A stretch of DNA of 32,000 bases from Candidatus Kuenenia stuttgartensis (GCF_900232105.1 NZ_LT934425.1:1020001-1052000), one strand, 5' to 3'; positions 1 to 9,565 are shown, counted from the first letter of the stretch. Numbers and translations: made by a program. The notes: generated by a model from the sequence alone, not told the origin.

Positions 1-148
1 CCGCAGCATCGCCATGTAATGTTTCACCTGTTTCGGGTATTATAGGAATTTGTCCGGAAACAAATACCAGATTGCCGGCCTTAATAGCCTGGGAATATGG
101 ACCAATTGCCGCAGGCGCAGCCTTTGTTGAGATTACCATTTTTTTCAT
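1..148 (-). CDS. ridA: RidA/YjgF/TdcF-family reactive-intermediate (imine) deaminase; only the N-terminal 49 codons are present because the gene runs off the left edge
   Basis: Too short for the ORF track. The reverse complement starts with ATG at 146..148 and reads [49 protein letters not shown]. The [10 protein letters not shown]...LVFVSGQIP pattern is the canonical RidA N-terminus. Confidence 0.75.
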   Translation of the reverse strand, partial: MKKMVISTKAAPAAIGPYSQAIKAGNLVFVSGQIPIIPETGETLHGDAA

Positions 149-527
149 TTATTTACTCTCTTAATTAATGAAAGATGTACACTCTGCGAAGATGTTAAAA
201 TCGGGGAGATGGGAAGCCCTTTTTATTCAAATAGATTTGCAAACAACACGGTTTTTTCATTGATTACACACGTCTTTTTTGCTTCAATCCTTCCCGGTTT
301 GTGTCTTCTGCTGAATTTAGCCCGGTAAGGTTAGGTTTTGTGCCTCAACCCAACCTTATAACTTACATAAACTTTGTGCGCAGAAGGCTCGTGTATATTT
401 CATTACGATTTTTCCAAATTTTTAATAAGTATATCTTTTTATCATGCACCGGTAAAAGTATTTTTTCTGCAAATGTGATTGTTTATTTCCTTTTATCTCA
501 CAATTAAGGTTTTTTAATTAAATATTC

Positions 528-1262
528 ATGCGTAACGTACGCCTTACTATTGAATACGAAGGTACTAATTATGCGGGCTGGCAATGGCAAAAAAACGCCA
601 TTTCGGTACAGGAGACCCTTACCCATGCAGTAAGGACCGTTATCCGGGAAGAGGTGGAAATACATGGTGCAGGCAGGACTGACGCCGGAGTACATGCCCT
701 TGGCCAGGTTGCCAATTTTAAAACGTATTCTGCCATTCCTGCAAAACAGCTATTACGGGCAATAAATTTTCACTTGCCACAAGATATTACAATAAAAGAT
801 GTTGCCGACATGGAAGAAGGTTTTCATGCACGATACAGTGCGACGTCTAAGGTGTACCGGTACACCGTGTTGAATGACTGGTTAAGAACCTCCCTGAATC
901 GTAATTTTTGTTATGTGTATGGCTTCCCATTAGATCTTTCTAAAATGATGACAGCGGCGCAATACCTTATCGGCACCCATGATTTTACTTCATTTACCAC
1001 AAAGGCCTTGGATAATAAGGACAGGATACGGACAATCAAGAACCTGGAGATTCAGAAAGAGGGGAAATATATTTATTTTGTAGTTGAAGCAAACGGCTTT
1101 TTATACAAAATGGTAAGAACGATTGTCGGTACACTCCTGGAAATAGGACGTGGAAAAATGGACGTCTATCTTATAAGAAAACTCTTAGAGACCGGGAACA
1201 GAGATGACGCCGGCCCAACGGCCCCTGCGAAAGGATTATGCATGAAAGAAGTAAAATATTAA
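528..1262 (+). CDS. truA: tRNA pseudouridine(38-40) synthase TruA
   Basis: A 244-aa ORF. It contains the RLTIEYEGTNYAGWQWQ opening, the catalytic GAGRTDAGVHALGQV motif and FLYKMVR, and its length is typical of TruA. Confidence 0.95.
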   Translation: MRNVRLTIEYEGTNYAGWQWQKNAISVQETLTHAVRTVIREEVEIHGAGRTDAGVHALGQVANFKTYSAIPAKQLLRAINFHLPQDITIKDVADMEEGFHARYSATSKVYRYTVLNDWLRTSLNRNFCYVYGFPLDLSKMMTAAQYLIGTHDFTSFTTKALDNKDRIRTIKNLEIQKEGKYIYFVVEANGFLYKMVRTIVGTLLEIGRGKMDVYLIRKLLETGNRDDAGPTAPAKGLCMKEVKY

Positions 1263-1290
1263 TATGTAGCGTCTGACCCGAATAAATGAG

Positions 1291-1339
1291 GTACGAAGTA
1301 CGCGAATTACGATTTAAATCGTAATTCGTAATTCGTAAA
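1291..1339 (+). repeat. Heptamer-phased palindromic element (family 2) 29 nt after the truA stop; candidate terminator or 3' stem-loop
   Basis: Seven in-phase heptamers: gtacgaa gtacgcg aattacg atttaaa tcgtaat tcgtaat tcgtaaa. It contains a perfect 26-bp palindrome, cgaattacgattt (1303..1315) paired with aaatcgtaattcg (1316..1328). Confidence 0.7.
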
Positions 1340-1403
1340 ATGTTACGTTGACATAAATTTTAAAATTGGCTATAGTTATGTAGATTTTTGAAAGGACTTG
1401 CAG

Positions 1404-1730
1404 ATGATATCAATTGAAGATTTTTTACGGGTAGAGTTACGAGTTGCGGTAATAAAACATGCGGAGCCGCACCCAAATGCGGACAAATTGTTAGTATTAA
1501 AGATTGACGCCGGCGATGGAAACCAGGAAAGGCAGATTGTTGCCGGGATAAAAAACTATTACACCCCGGAAGAACTTATCGGAAAACAAATTGTTATCGT
1601 AAACAACCTTGCTCCCTCTGTCATTCGGGGCGTTGAAAGCCAGGGTATGCTGCTTGCCGCAAAAGATGCAGAAAAATTAGCAATCTTAACGACAGAAAAA
1701 AACGTTCAACCCGGTTCAGGAATCCAATAA
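1404..1730 (+). CDS. tRNA-binding domain protein (CsaA / Trbp111 / MetRS C-terminal-like OB fold)
   Basis: The ORF track gives 1398..1730 from a TTG. The ATG at 1404 sits 7 nt after aaagga. The sequence ISIEDFLRVELRVAVIKHAEPHPNADKLLVLKIDAG...QIVAGIK...GVESQGMLLAA matches the tRNA_bind (EMAP-like) domain pattern. Confidence 0.8.
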   Translation: MISIEDFLRVELRVAVIKHAEPHPNADKLLVLKIDAGDGNQERQIVAGIKNYYTPEELIGKQIVIVNNLAPSVIRGVESQGMLLAAKDAEKLAILTTEKNVQPGSGIQ

Positions 1731-1784
1731 ATCGCAACAATAAATCCTAAAATCCTATTTTGCAGAAATATGGTATAGTGTTCT

Positions 1785-3498
1785 GTGCTGCAAGAATTAT
1801 ATATTTCCAATTTTGTATTAATTGATAAAGCAACCATTACGCTCAGTGAAAGATTAAATGTATTCAGCGGGGCGACAGGGGTGGGGAAATCTCTTGTAAT
1901 TGGCGCTTTACATTTTATTCTTGGCGGTCGTTTTACGCAGGACATTGTGCGAAACGGCAAAGATGAGGCAGTGGTGGTTGGCAAATTTTACCTGAAGGAC
2001 GACTCTTTGCTGGAGTATTTCAGGAAGACTTTGGATAACACAAACATTGATGAAGACTTCTCCTCCAAAGAAGCATCGTTCCAACGGACGTAACAAATGC
2101 CGATTAAACAATGCGCCTATCACATTGTCCATACTCAAAGAGATTGGACAATCATTAATAAACATACACGGTCAGCATGAACATGAAACATATATTGCAG
2201 GGAATGAACCAGTTGCAGATCCTTGATGATTTTGGCTGCATCTCCCCTCTCCGGGAAAAGTTTTCATCCTACATAAAAACAGATAAAAGAAAAGACCGCA
2301 TTGCTTGAAGGACTTAAAAAAAACCAGCGCGAAAGAATAGAAAAAACCGAATTATATGCCTTCCAGGCAGACGAAATAGATAAGGCGCAACTCGGGGTTG
2401 GAGAAAAGGAGGCACTTGAAAAGAAGAATGCCTTCTCATCAACGCCGAAAAGATATACAATGCCGTCTCATCATGTTATTCCCAACTCTATGAAACATCA
2501 GATGCCATGTATGGTACGCTAAAATCGATTGCCCGCGAATTACAATCGGTTGCAAAATTTGACGAAGACCTTGTAAAGGTCTCCGAATCATACAACCAAT
2601 CGCTTTACCAGATTGAAGACATTGCCTTTTCCCTGGGGAAATACAAGGAAAACTTCAGTTATGATCCACAAAAACTCTCTTCTCTGGAAGAACGACTGGA
2701 TACCATCAGAAAACTAACAGCAAAATACGGGAACACGATAGACGATGTTTTATCATACCGAAATGAAATAGAGGCAAAACTAAAACAACTGTCAGAGGAA
2801 GGGTCAAGCATTGAGAGCCTGGATGAGGAGCTGACGGCTACAACAGCATTGCTGAAACAAAAGGGCTGCGAATTAAACAAAAAACGCATCTCTGTGGCGG
2901 AAAAACTTGCACCTTTGATCGACAAGGAATTGGGGGATCTAGGTATTCCGCACGGCAGGTTTCAGGTAGAAATCAAATCTCCCTTCCTGGATGACAACGA
3001 AGGGGTCTCTATTTTAGAAACAAACAGTTCCGGGATATCGAACATAGATTTTCTTATTTCTCCAAATCCTGGCGAGAATTTAAAACCGCTAAGAAAAATA
3101 GCCTCTGGCGGAGAAATTTCCAGGGTGATGCTGGCATTAAAACACCAGCTTGCCAGGGTCGATAAAACACCCGTCCTGGTTTTTGACGAAATTGACGCAA
3201 ATATCGGGGGAAGGATGGGCGAAGTAATTGGAGAAAAATTAAGCAGCATTGCCAAATCACATCAGGTAATCTGCATTACGCACCTCCCACAAATTGCATG
3301 TTACGCTGACGAACACTGGAAAAGTAAGTAAATTGTAAAACGGGGAAAACATACTCCACCATTGAAAACATGGCCGGCGAACACCGTATAGAAGAGATTG
3401 CCGATATGATAAGAGGAGCGGAGAAAACGGACATCACCAGAAAACAGGCAAGGGAAATGCTGCGCGATGCAAAGAAAAAAAATAAGGCAGGAAATTAA
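1785..3498 (+). pseudogene. recN: DNA repair protein RecN, reading frame broken by at least 5 frameshifts (true pseudogene or indel errors in the assembly)
   Basis: The N-terminus MLQELYISNFVLID...FSGATGVGKS (Walker A) lies in ORF 1785..2093. The sequence NGRNKCRLNNAPITLSILKEIGQSLINIHGQHEHE continues in another frame around 2070-2190. MNQLQILDDFG lies in a third frame, followed by ORFs 2301..2522 and 2507..3331 (ASGGEISRVMLALK, LVFDEIDANIGG, ITHLPQIA). The C-terminus NGKTYSTIENMAGEHRIEEIADMIRG...KNKAGN ends at 3498 in yet another frame. The total of about 571 codons is a normal RecN length. Confidence 0.85.
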
Positions 3499-3519
3499 TA
3501 TCAGTGGTTTGCGGGCAGG

Positions 3520-3540
3520 CTTCTGACTTCTGACTTCTGA
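3520..3540 (+). repeat. Perfect tandem heptamer cttctga x3, 22 nt after the recN stop
   Basis: Read directly as cttctga cttctga cttctga. No nearby reverse-complement partner was found. Confidence 0.8.
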
Positions 3541-3627
3541 TTCCCCGGTTCATACGGTACTATTAACGCATAAAAAAATACAGTACTATGATTAATATTT
3601 AAGGCATCATTTATAAGAAATTCTGAA

Positions 3628-4410
3628 ATGCAGGAACGTTTACAAAAAGTATTGGCAAGTGCGGGCATTGGGTCACGCCGTGAATGCGAAAATGTTATTT
3701 TAGCGGGCAGGGTAACTGTCGATGGTGAAAGAGTTACTGCTTTAGGCGCTACGGTAGACGCCGGGAAAAGCGTGATTTATTGTGACGGGATGCCGATCAG
3801 ACCTGAAGCTAAAATTTATTATCTGTTAAATAAACCAAAAGATTGTTTGTGCACAAATTACGATGAGTTAAACCGCCTAAGGGCAATTGATATAATAAAG
3901 AATGTCAAACAAAGACTCTATACCATTGGCAGGCTTGACAAGCAAAGCGAAGGGCTGATTATCATCACAAATGACGGAGAACTCTCCAATAAGCTGTCTC
4001 ATCCAAAATATGAGGTGAACAAAACATATTTTATTGAGATTGACGGATATTTATCAAATGAAACTATTACGGCATTACAATCCGGGGTTTGGCTGGCTTT
4101 TGGTAAACACAAACCCGTCAGAATAAAAAAAATGCATCGCAGTTTTAAAAAAAGCAGGTTTGAAATGATCCTCTGTGAAGGGAAAAACAGAGAAATACGA
4201 AGAATGCTCGCAGATCACGGGCACAAAGTAAGAACCCTGAGAAGAATAAAAATCGGCTCCTTATGCGACCCGGACTTAAAAGTAGGCAAATACAGGAAAT
4301 TAACTGAGCAGGAGATAAAAAGTCTTTACTCAATGACGGAAAAAAAACCTATTGAAAAAAAAAGTGGAAAACAACGATATGACACAGTTACAGCAAGCAA
4401 GAAAAAATAA
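3628..4410 (+). CDS. rluB: 23S rRNA pseudouridine synthase, RluB/RsuA family
   Basis: It has an N-terminal S4 domain (RLQKVLASAGIGSRRECENVILAGRVTVDG), the catalytic GRLDKQSEGLIIITNDGEL motif, KTYFIEIDG, and the Lys-rich C-terminal tail typical of RluB. Confidence 0.85.
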   Translation: MQERLQKVLASAGIGSRRECENVILAGRVTVDGERVTALGATVDAGKSVIYCDGMPIRPEAKIYYLLNKPKDCLCTNYDELNRLRAIDIIKNVKQRLYTIGRLDKQSEGLIIITNDGELSNKLSHPKYEVNKTYFIEIDGYLSNETITALQSGVWLAFGKHKPVRIKKMHRSFKKSRFEMILCEGKNREIRRMLADHGHKVRTLRRIKIGSLCDPDLKVGKYRKLTEQEIKSLYSMTEKKPIEKKSGKQRYDTVTASKKK

Positions 4411-5650
4411 TATAACAAAAGAAATGGCTGAGGTGGCAAGAATTGAGGGACTCGACCCTGAATATATAAGAGGGCGTATTGCCGAAGGGAAGATCGTCAT
4501 CCCCGTAAACCATAAACGGAATTCCCGTAAATTATGCGGCATTGGCGCAGGCCTAAAAACCAAGGTAAATGCCAATATAGGCACCTCGGCAGACTATGCG
4601 GACATCGACAAAGAATTAGAAAAATTACGTGCCGCTGAAGAAGCGGGCGCCGATGCGGTAATGGACCTGAGCACCGGCGGGGAATTAAGAACCATTCGAA
4701 AAGCAATCATAGAATCTGCTTCTGTTTCCATAGGCAGCGTGCCAATATATGAGGCGGCTGTAAATTCCATTAAAAGAAAGCAGGCGATTTACGATATGAC
4801 CGCACGGGATATGATCGAAGCCATACAATTGCATTGCGAGGATGGCGTTGACTTTATAACCGTACATTGTGGCGCAACAATGGGGGTATTAAAACATTTG
4901 CGCGAAGATAAACGTATTTGCGGCGTCGTAAGCAGAGGAGGAGCCTTTTTGGTAGAATGGATGATACACAATAAAAAGGAAAATCCATTCTATGAAGAAT
5001 TTGATGAAATATTGGCTATCGCAAAAGAATATGACGTAACCATAAGCCTGGGGGACGCCTTGAGGCCCGGTGCATTGGCTGACGCCTTTGACCGTGCGCA
5101 GGTATATGAGTTGAACGTACTCGCCGAGCTTACGCAAAGAACATTGGAGGCAGACGTGCAGGTAATCGTTGAGGGACCAGGCCATGTGCCGCTGAATCAA
5201 ATAACGCGCGCATGTTCAATTACAGAAAGAACTTTGCAAGGGAGCGCCATTTTACGTGCTGGGTCCCATTGTCACAGATATTGCTCCCGGTTACGACCAC
5301 ATTACTTCCGCCATTGGAGGCGCTATAGCCGCTTCTGCAGGCGCTGATTTTCTCTGTTATGTAACACCGACGGAACATTTAAGCCTTCCCGGCCCGGAAG
5401 ACGTCAGAACCGGCGTAATGGCTGCGCGGATAGCCGCCCATGCGGCAGACCTGGTAAAAGGGGTTAAATCTGCCTGGGAGTGGGACAAAAAAATGTCGCA
5501 CTATAGAAAAACAGAGATTGGGAAGGCCAGTTTAATACCTGTATCGATCCTGTCATAGCCAAAAAGATCCGGGAAAAAGGCAGACCAAAAAACGAAGATG
5601 TGTGTTCTATGTGTGCGGAATATTGCGTATTTAAACTGGGAGATGCGTAG
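4379..5650 (+). pseudogene. thiC: Phosphomethylpyrimidine synthase ThiC (short ~424-aa type) with two frameshifts
   Basis: MTQLQQARKNNITKEMAEVA...IGTS...VMDLSTGG...TVHCG...EGPGHVPLNQI is read in ORF 4352..5347. After a shift near 5195-5215 it continues as [50 protein letters not shown] in ORF 5256..5558. A second shift at or near the A5 run 5507..5511 leads to [44 protein letters not shown], with the stop at 5648..5650. The ATG at 4379 is preferred over 4352, which overlaps rluB. Confidence 0.9.
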
Positions 5651-5726
5651 GGATTTACGAAGTACGATTTGGGATTTGGGATTTGGGATTTTAAATCGTA
5701 CTTCTTAAATCGTACTTTGTACTTTG
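5650..5726 (+). repeat. Heptamer-phased hairpin element (family 2) beginning at the thiC stop codon
   Basis: Eleven in-phase heptamers: gggattt acgaagt acgattt gggattt gggattt gggattt taaatcg tacttct taaatcg tactttg tactttg. A 12-bp stem pairs gaagtacgattt (5659..5670) with aaatcgtacttc (5693..5704), and the 22-nt loop is made of the gggattt repeats. It shares tacgaagtacg and aaatcgta with the element at 1291..1339. Confidence 0.75.
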
Positions 5727-5989
5727 CAGGTTCAGGTTTGTAACCAGAACCAAACGTTTTATACCTTCAATCCCGCCTCCTGTTAGCAGAGCAAATGATA
5801 AATAAATTGTAACTATTCAGCGTAATTTATAACACACCTCTTAATCTCCTCTTGATAGAGAGGACTCACCAAATCCCCCTTTTTTAATCTGTACTACAAT
5901 CCATCAACTTCTTGTTTTTTATGCTCGTTTTTAAGCTGCACAAACGTAAGGCATTAATTAAATGATGCCTACGTAAAGTTTGGAGTATT

Positions 5990-6044
5990 GAGTTTTTGTC
6001 ATTTGAAATTGTTTTGTATTTAGATATTCGTATTTCGAATTTGG
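5990..6044 (-). repeat. Single arm of the AT-rich 'cgaaatacgaa / caaatgacaaaa' repeat (family 3), downstream of the minus-strand DRTGG gene
   Basis: The reverse complement reads ccaaattcgaaatacgaatatctaaatacaaaacaatttcaaatgacaaaaactc. It resembles the arms at 12133..12204 and 14028..14092. Confidence 0.5.
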
Positions 6045-6063
6045 TGCGGCCAAAGGCCGCGCC
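6043..6063. terminator. GC-rich stem-loop between the convergent thiC and DRTGG genes
   Basis: ggtgcggcc-aaa-ggccgcgcc forms a 9-bp stem with one G-U pair and a 3-nt loop. It lies 43 nt downstream of the minus-strand stop at 6106. No clear U-tract follows on either strand. Confidence 0.4.
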
Positions 6064-6105
6064 AAGAAATCTGTGGTTTCTTTGTTTACACGTATGCCTG
6101 AATAG

Positions 6106-7171
6106 TTATTTCGTTAGCCCCAATTTTCTGTAAATAGTTTCAAAATCAACTTCTTTCTCTATTATTCCCGATGCATGCTGTATTTTAGACATATTGTTTA
6201 ATTGCGTGGTGTCTGCAAGTTTTTCGCATGTTTCGATGGTAGTTGCGGTGTCGGCGCGTACCACGATTACGGGTATGTTTGCTTCGTGAGCGCGGCCTAA
6301 AATAGAATAGCTCGGATAGAGGTCCCCTGTAAGGATTAGGCATTTCGTGGAAGTTTCAAGGGCAGCGGCATGAATATCACTGCGGTCGCCTCCCGTTATA
6401 ACCGCCTTGTCCGATATCTTTTTGAAGTGCTTGATGGCGCTTTCAAGGTTCATTGCCCCTATTACAAAATGTTCGATCAGCTCGTCGGCTTTTTCTTCGC
6501 AACAAAGGATTTTTCCATTAAGCGCGGTCACAATGTCCCGAATTGAAGTCGCTCTCAGCAAGGGGTCTCTTCGGATAATTCCCGAGTACTCACGCCATGT
6601 TTTGTTAAAAAAGGCTGGATGGTGTTTTTCATATATTCCAGTTTGGCGGACGGAACCAGGTTAAAAATACACAAGCAGTTTCTCTTTCAATACATTTGAA
6701 GCATAGAGGAAGCCGTCAAGCATTTCAATGTATGATTCGAATTTATCAACAAATATACCTTTGCGTTTACTTCGGTGATAAAATCCAATTCGGAAAAACC
6801 AAGGCATGTGCCGCAGGTTAACCTGCCGATGCCCCTGATAATCATGATGTCTTTGCCGGACGAGGCTATGTGAAATGCCTCCATTGTTTTTTCGCGAATA
6901 TTAAGATTTTCGCCTTTCACCAGGCGTTGTAACATATCTTCCGTAAATATAACGGGGCTTATGGACTGTAGCGGTTCGTTTACATCAAGCGCCCGGGAGA
7001 GGAAAACGGCATCCTCGTCGGTAAGCACATCATCCACAAAAACCGGCGAAAATCCGACAGGTTTAAAATAGCCGATGTTATACCCGTCTTTTTTCAACTT
7101 GAGACCAGGCCGGCGCAAATGAGATTTTTCCCGGAAAGGGGCGATAAAGATGCAATAAATAGAGGTATCAT
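6106..7171 (-). pseudogene. Standalone phosphotransacetylase-N-terminal-like protein (P-loop DTBS/CobQ-like domain plus DRTGG domain), with at least 4 frameshifts
   Basis: The start at 7169..7171 follows ggaggg and reads MIPLFIASLSPLSGKNLICAGLV, the P-loop region. After a shift it continues LKLKKDGYNIGYFKPVG...IMIIRGIG in ORF 6687..7235. Further shifts near 6760, 6670 and 6590 give KFESYIEMLDGFLYASNVLKEKL, then NLVPSAKLEYMKNTIQPFLTKHG, then ORF 6106..6561 (ITGGDRSDIHAAALETSTKCLILTG, a DRTGG-type motif). Confidence 0.7.
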
Positions 7172-7283
7172 ATACCCTCCTCACCTGAAAGTATAAAAAT
7201 GTTGGAAAAATAAGAATGATTGTATAGTCAAACAAATATGTTTATGCAGGATGCGTTAAGCGATAGAAAATCCACTGTAAATA

Positions 7284-9460
7284 TTATTGGTGGATTCGGC
7301 GTAAAAACCAACGCCCTAATCCACCATAATCGCAATTTTTCAATTTCCCCTTTTCGCTGCGCGAAGCATTTACGGCAATACGTACATCTATTGCAATGGC
7401 GCCGTCGCCTTGGGGAACACCACCAGCGGATTAATATCCATTTCGATTATTTCCGGGAAATCCTTCACCAGTTGGGAGAGCCGCAGTATATTTTCTACTA
7501 TTGCATCGATGTCAACGGATTTTTCACCGCGCACGCCTTTAAGAAGCGGAAATGCACGGATTTCCTGTATCATCTCTCTCGCTTCGTTTATGCCAACCGG
7601 CGCAATTCTGAAGGTTACATCTTTAAGCGCTTCAACGTAAATGCCGCCAAGCCCAAACATTATCAAATGGCCAAACTGTGGTTCATGTGAGACGCCAAGG
7701 ACGAGTTCCCTGCCGCCGGTAATCATCTGCTGTACCATAATGCCTTTTAGATCGGCTTCCGGCATATGGCGTCTTGCTTTTGCATGATGTCACTAAAGCA
7801 GATTCTTACCTCCTGTTCGTTTTTGACCCCAATAATTACACCCCCAATGTCCGATTTGTGAAGTATATCGGGGGATGAAATTTTCATCACCACCGGATAT
7901 CCCATTTCTTCTGCCGCCTTTACTGCGCCCGTCTCAGAGGTAGCGATAATGCTTTTAGGAATGGTAAAGCCATAGGTGGAAATCACCTGTTTGGCGTCTT
8001 CTTCGCTTAGATAGGCAGCCTCCTTCTGTTTCATTTGTGTAAAAATTGCACTGACACGTTCCTTTCTGACAATAAAATTCTTTGTTTCCGGCGCAGGTTT
8101 GCTTTGCCATAAAGTGTATTGTACATTGCCTCGATGGCGTAGATTGCACGTTCGGGGAAAGGGTAATTAGGCACTTCCTCTGACACATGATTTTTAGAGC
8201 ACTTTCAATTCTTTTGCGCGCCATAAAGGAAGTTGCAATGGTTTTGTCCGCATAACCTGCAATTTCACAGATTGCTTCTGCAGTTTTTTCTATTTCGTCA
8301 TTGCCTGAGGAGTGAGTATTGCAAGAATGGCGTCTACATTCGGATCTTTTATGACGTTTTTCTATAACAAGCCGGTAACGGTCTGATTTTGCGTCACCCA
8401 GCACATCTATGGGATTATATACATTTGCCATTGGCGGCAGGAAATGGCGCAATATTTCTATGGTATCTTTGGAAAATTCAGCCATCTTTAATGCGGACCG
8501 CTCTATTGCATCCGTCGCAATAATGCCTGGTCCTCCCGCATTGGTAATCAGGGCTACCCGCGCGCCTTTTGGCAATTGTTGAAAACTAAACATTCTGGCA
8601 TAATCAAAAGCTGCTCGATCGTATTAGCGCGAATCACTCCGATTGCTTGAATGCCGCATCAAACGCCCTTTCCGATCCTGCCAATGTGCCGGTATGGGAA
8701 GAAGCCGCTTTGGACCCGGCGGCAGTACCGCCAGATTTTACTACGATTAAAGGTTTCTTTTTCGTTATTTTTCCGGTGGTGGCAATAAAATCTTTGCCGT
8801 TTTTAACACCTTCCAGATAACCGAGAATCACCTTCGTGTTTTCATCTTCATACATTGCGTTAATGAGGTCTACTTCGTTAATATCTGCTTTGTTTCCCAT
8901 GCTGACAAACTTTGAAAATCCCACACATTCAACTACAGCCCCAATCCAAAATTGCGGTACACAAAGCGCCGGATTGTGAAAAAAAGGCAATATTTCCCCT
9001 TTCCGGCATATCGGCGGCAAATGAGGCGTTGAGGCACGATTGTGTATCTATTAATCCAAGACAATTCGGCCCCAGCAGCCGTATAGCATGGCGTGTTATT
9101 TTCTGGCAAAGTTCTTTTTCTCTGATAGCGCCTTCAATGCCGCTTTCTTTAAAACCGGCGCTGATAACTACAATTGAATCGATTTTCTTTTCAGCGCATT
9201 CGTCTACAATCTTTACCACATATCGGGCGGGTACGACGATAATCGCCATATCTATGGTGTCCCTGATATCTTTAAGTTTGCATATGTTCTTAGACCAACA
9301 ATATCTTCCGCCTTTGGTTTACCGGGTATATTGTTCCCTGATACCCGTATTGTACCAGATTTTTTACTATATCGTGGCCAACCTTGCCCTTTTCGCGCGA
9401 GGCGCCAATGACGGCTACCGTTTTAGGAGAAAAAAAATGTTTCAGTGTGGTCATAGTCAT
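7284..9460 (-). pseudogene. acd: ADP-forming acetyl-CoA synthetase / acyl-CoA synthetase (NDP-forming), fused alpha-beta type, with at least 8 frameshifts
   Basis: Fragments in minus-strand order are as follows. MTMTTLKHFFSPKTVAVIGASREKGKVGH is the CoA-binding region (ORF 9290..9502). AIIVVPARYV...VVISAGFKE...LLGPNCLGL...FFSQSGAL lies in 8929..9249. VSMGNKADI...VVKSGGTAAGSKAASSHTGTLAGS contains the phosphohistidine loop (8634..9020). ALITNAGGPGIIATD lies in 7955..8593, with extra internal shifts. The ATP-grasp region YPVVMKISSPDILHKSDIGGV lies in 7747..8034. GGIYVEALKDVTFRIAP...EMDINPLVV lies in 7388..7765. The tail GDGAIAIDVRIAV is in another frame, with the stop at 7284..7286. Confidence 0.85.
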
Positions 9461-9565
9461 AGTCCCATAGAATAATGCAGCATTTAAAACGCTCGTTTTC
9501 AAGCGCTGGCTTGGGAACGAAGATGAAAATAAGTTGAGGTTTTTATAATAATTTCTAAATAATTT

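Noticed and set aside
301-507. 68-aa plus-strand ORF between ridA and truA.
   Set aside because: It uses a non-ATG start (GTG), has the Phe/Ile/Leu-rich composition of AT-rich spacer, and lies in the divergent promoter region. No motif was found.
4300-4380. Expected TPP (THI-box) riboswitch upstream of thiC.
   Set aside because: thiC starts within or adjacent to the end of rluB, leaving no leader. No ctgaga...acctgatctggataatgccagcg-like THI-box is visible.
1785-9460. Programmed ribosomal frameshifting or recoding as an explanation for the split recN, thiC and acd genes.
   Set aside because: There are far too many shifts per gene (up to 8 or more), in both directions. There are no recurring slippery heptamers (X XXY YYZ) or downstream pseudoknots. 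Several shifts sit at simple homopolymers.
7220-9475. Plus-strand ORFs 7220..7690 (156 aa) and 8912..9475 (187 aa).
   Set aside because: They are antisense to the acd fragments, whose minus-strand translations carry the canonical CoA-ligase and ATP-grasp motifs. They appear long only because the sense strand is split by frameshifts.
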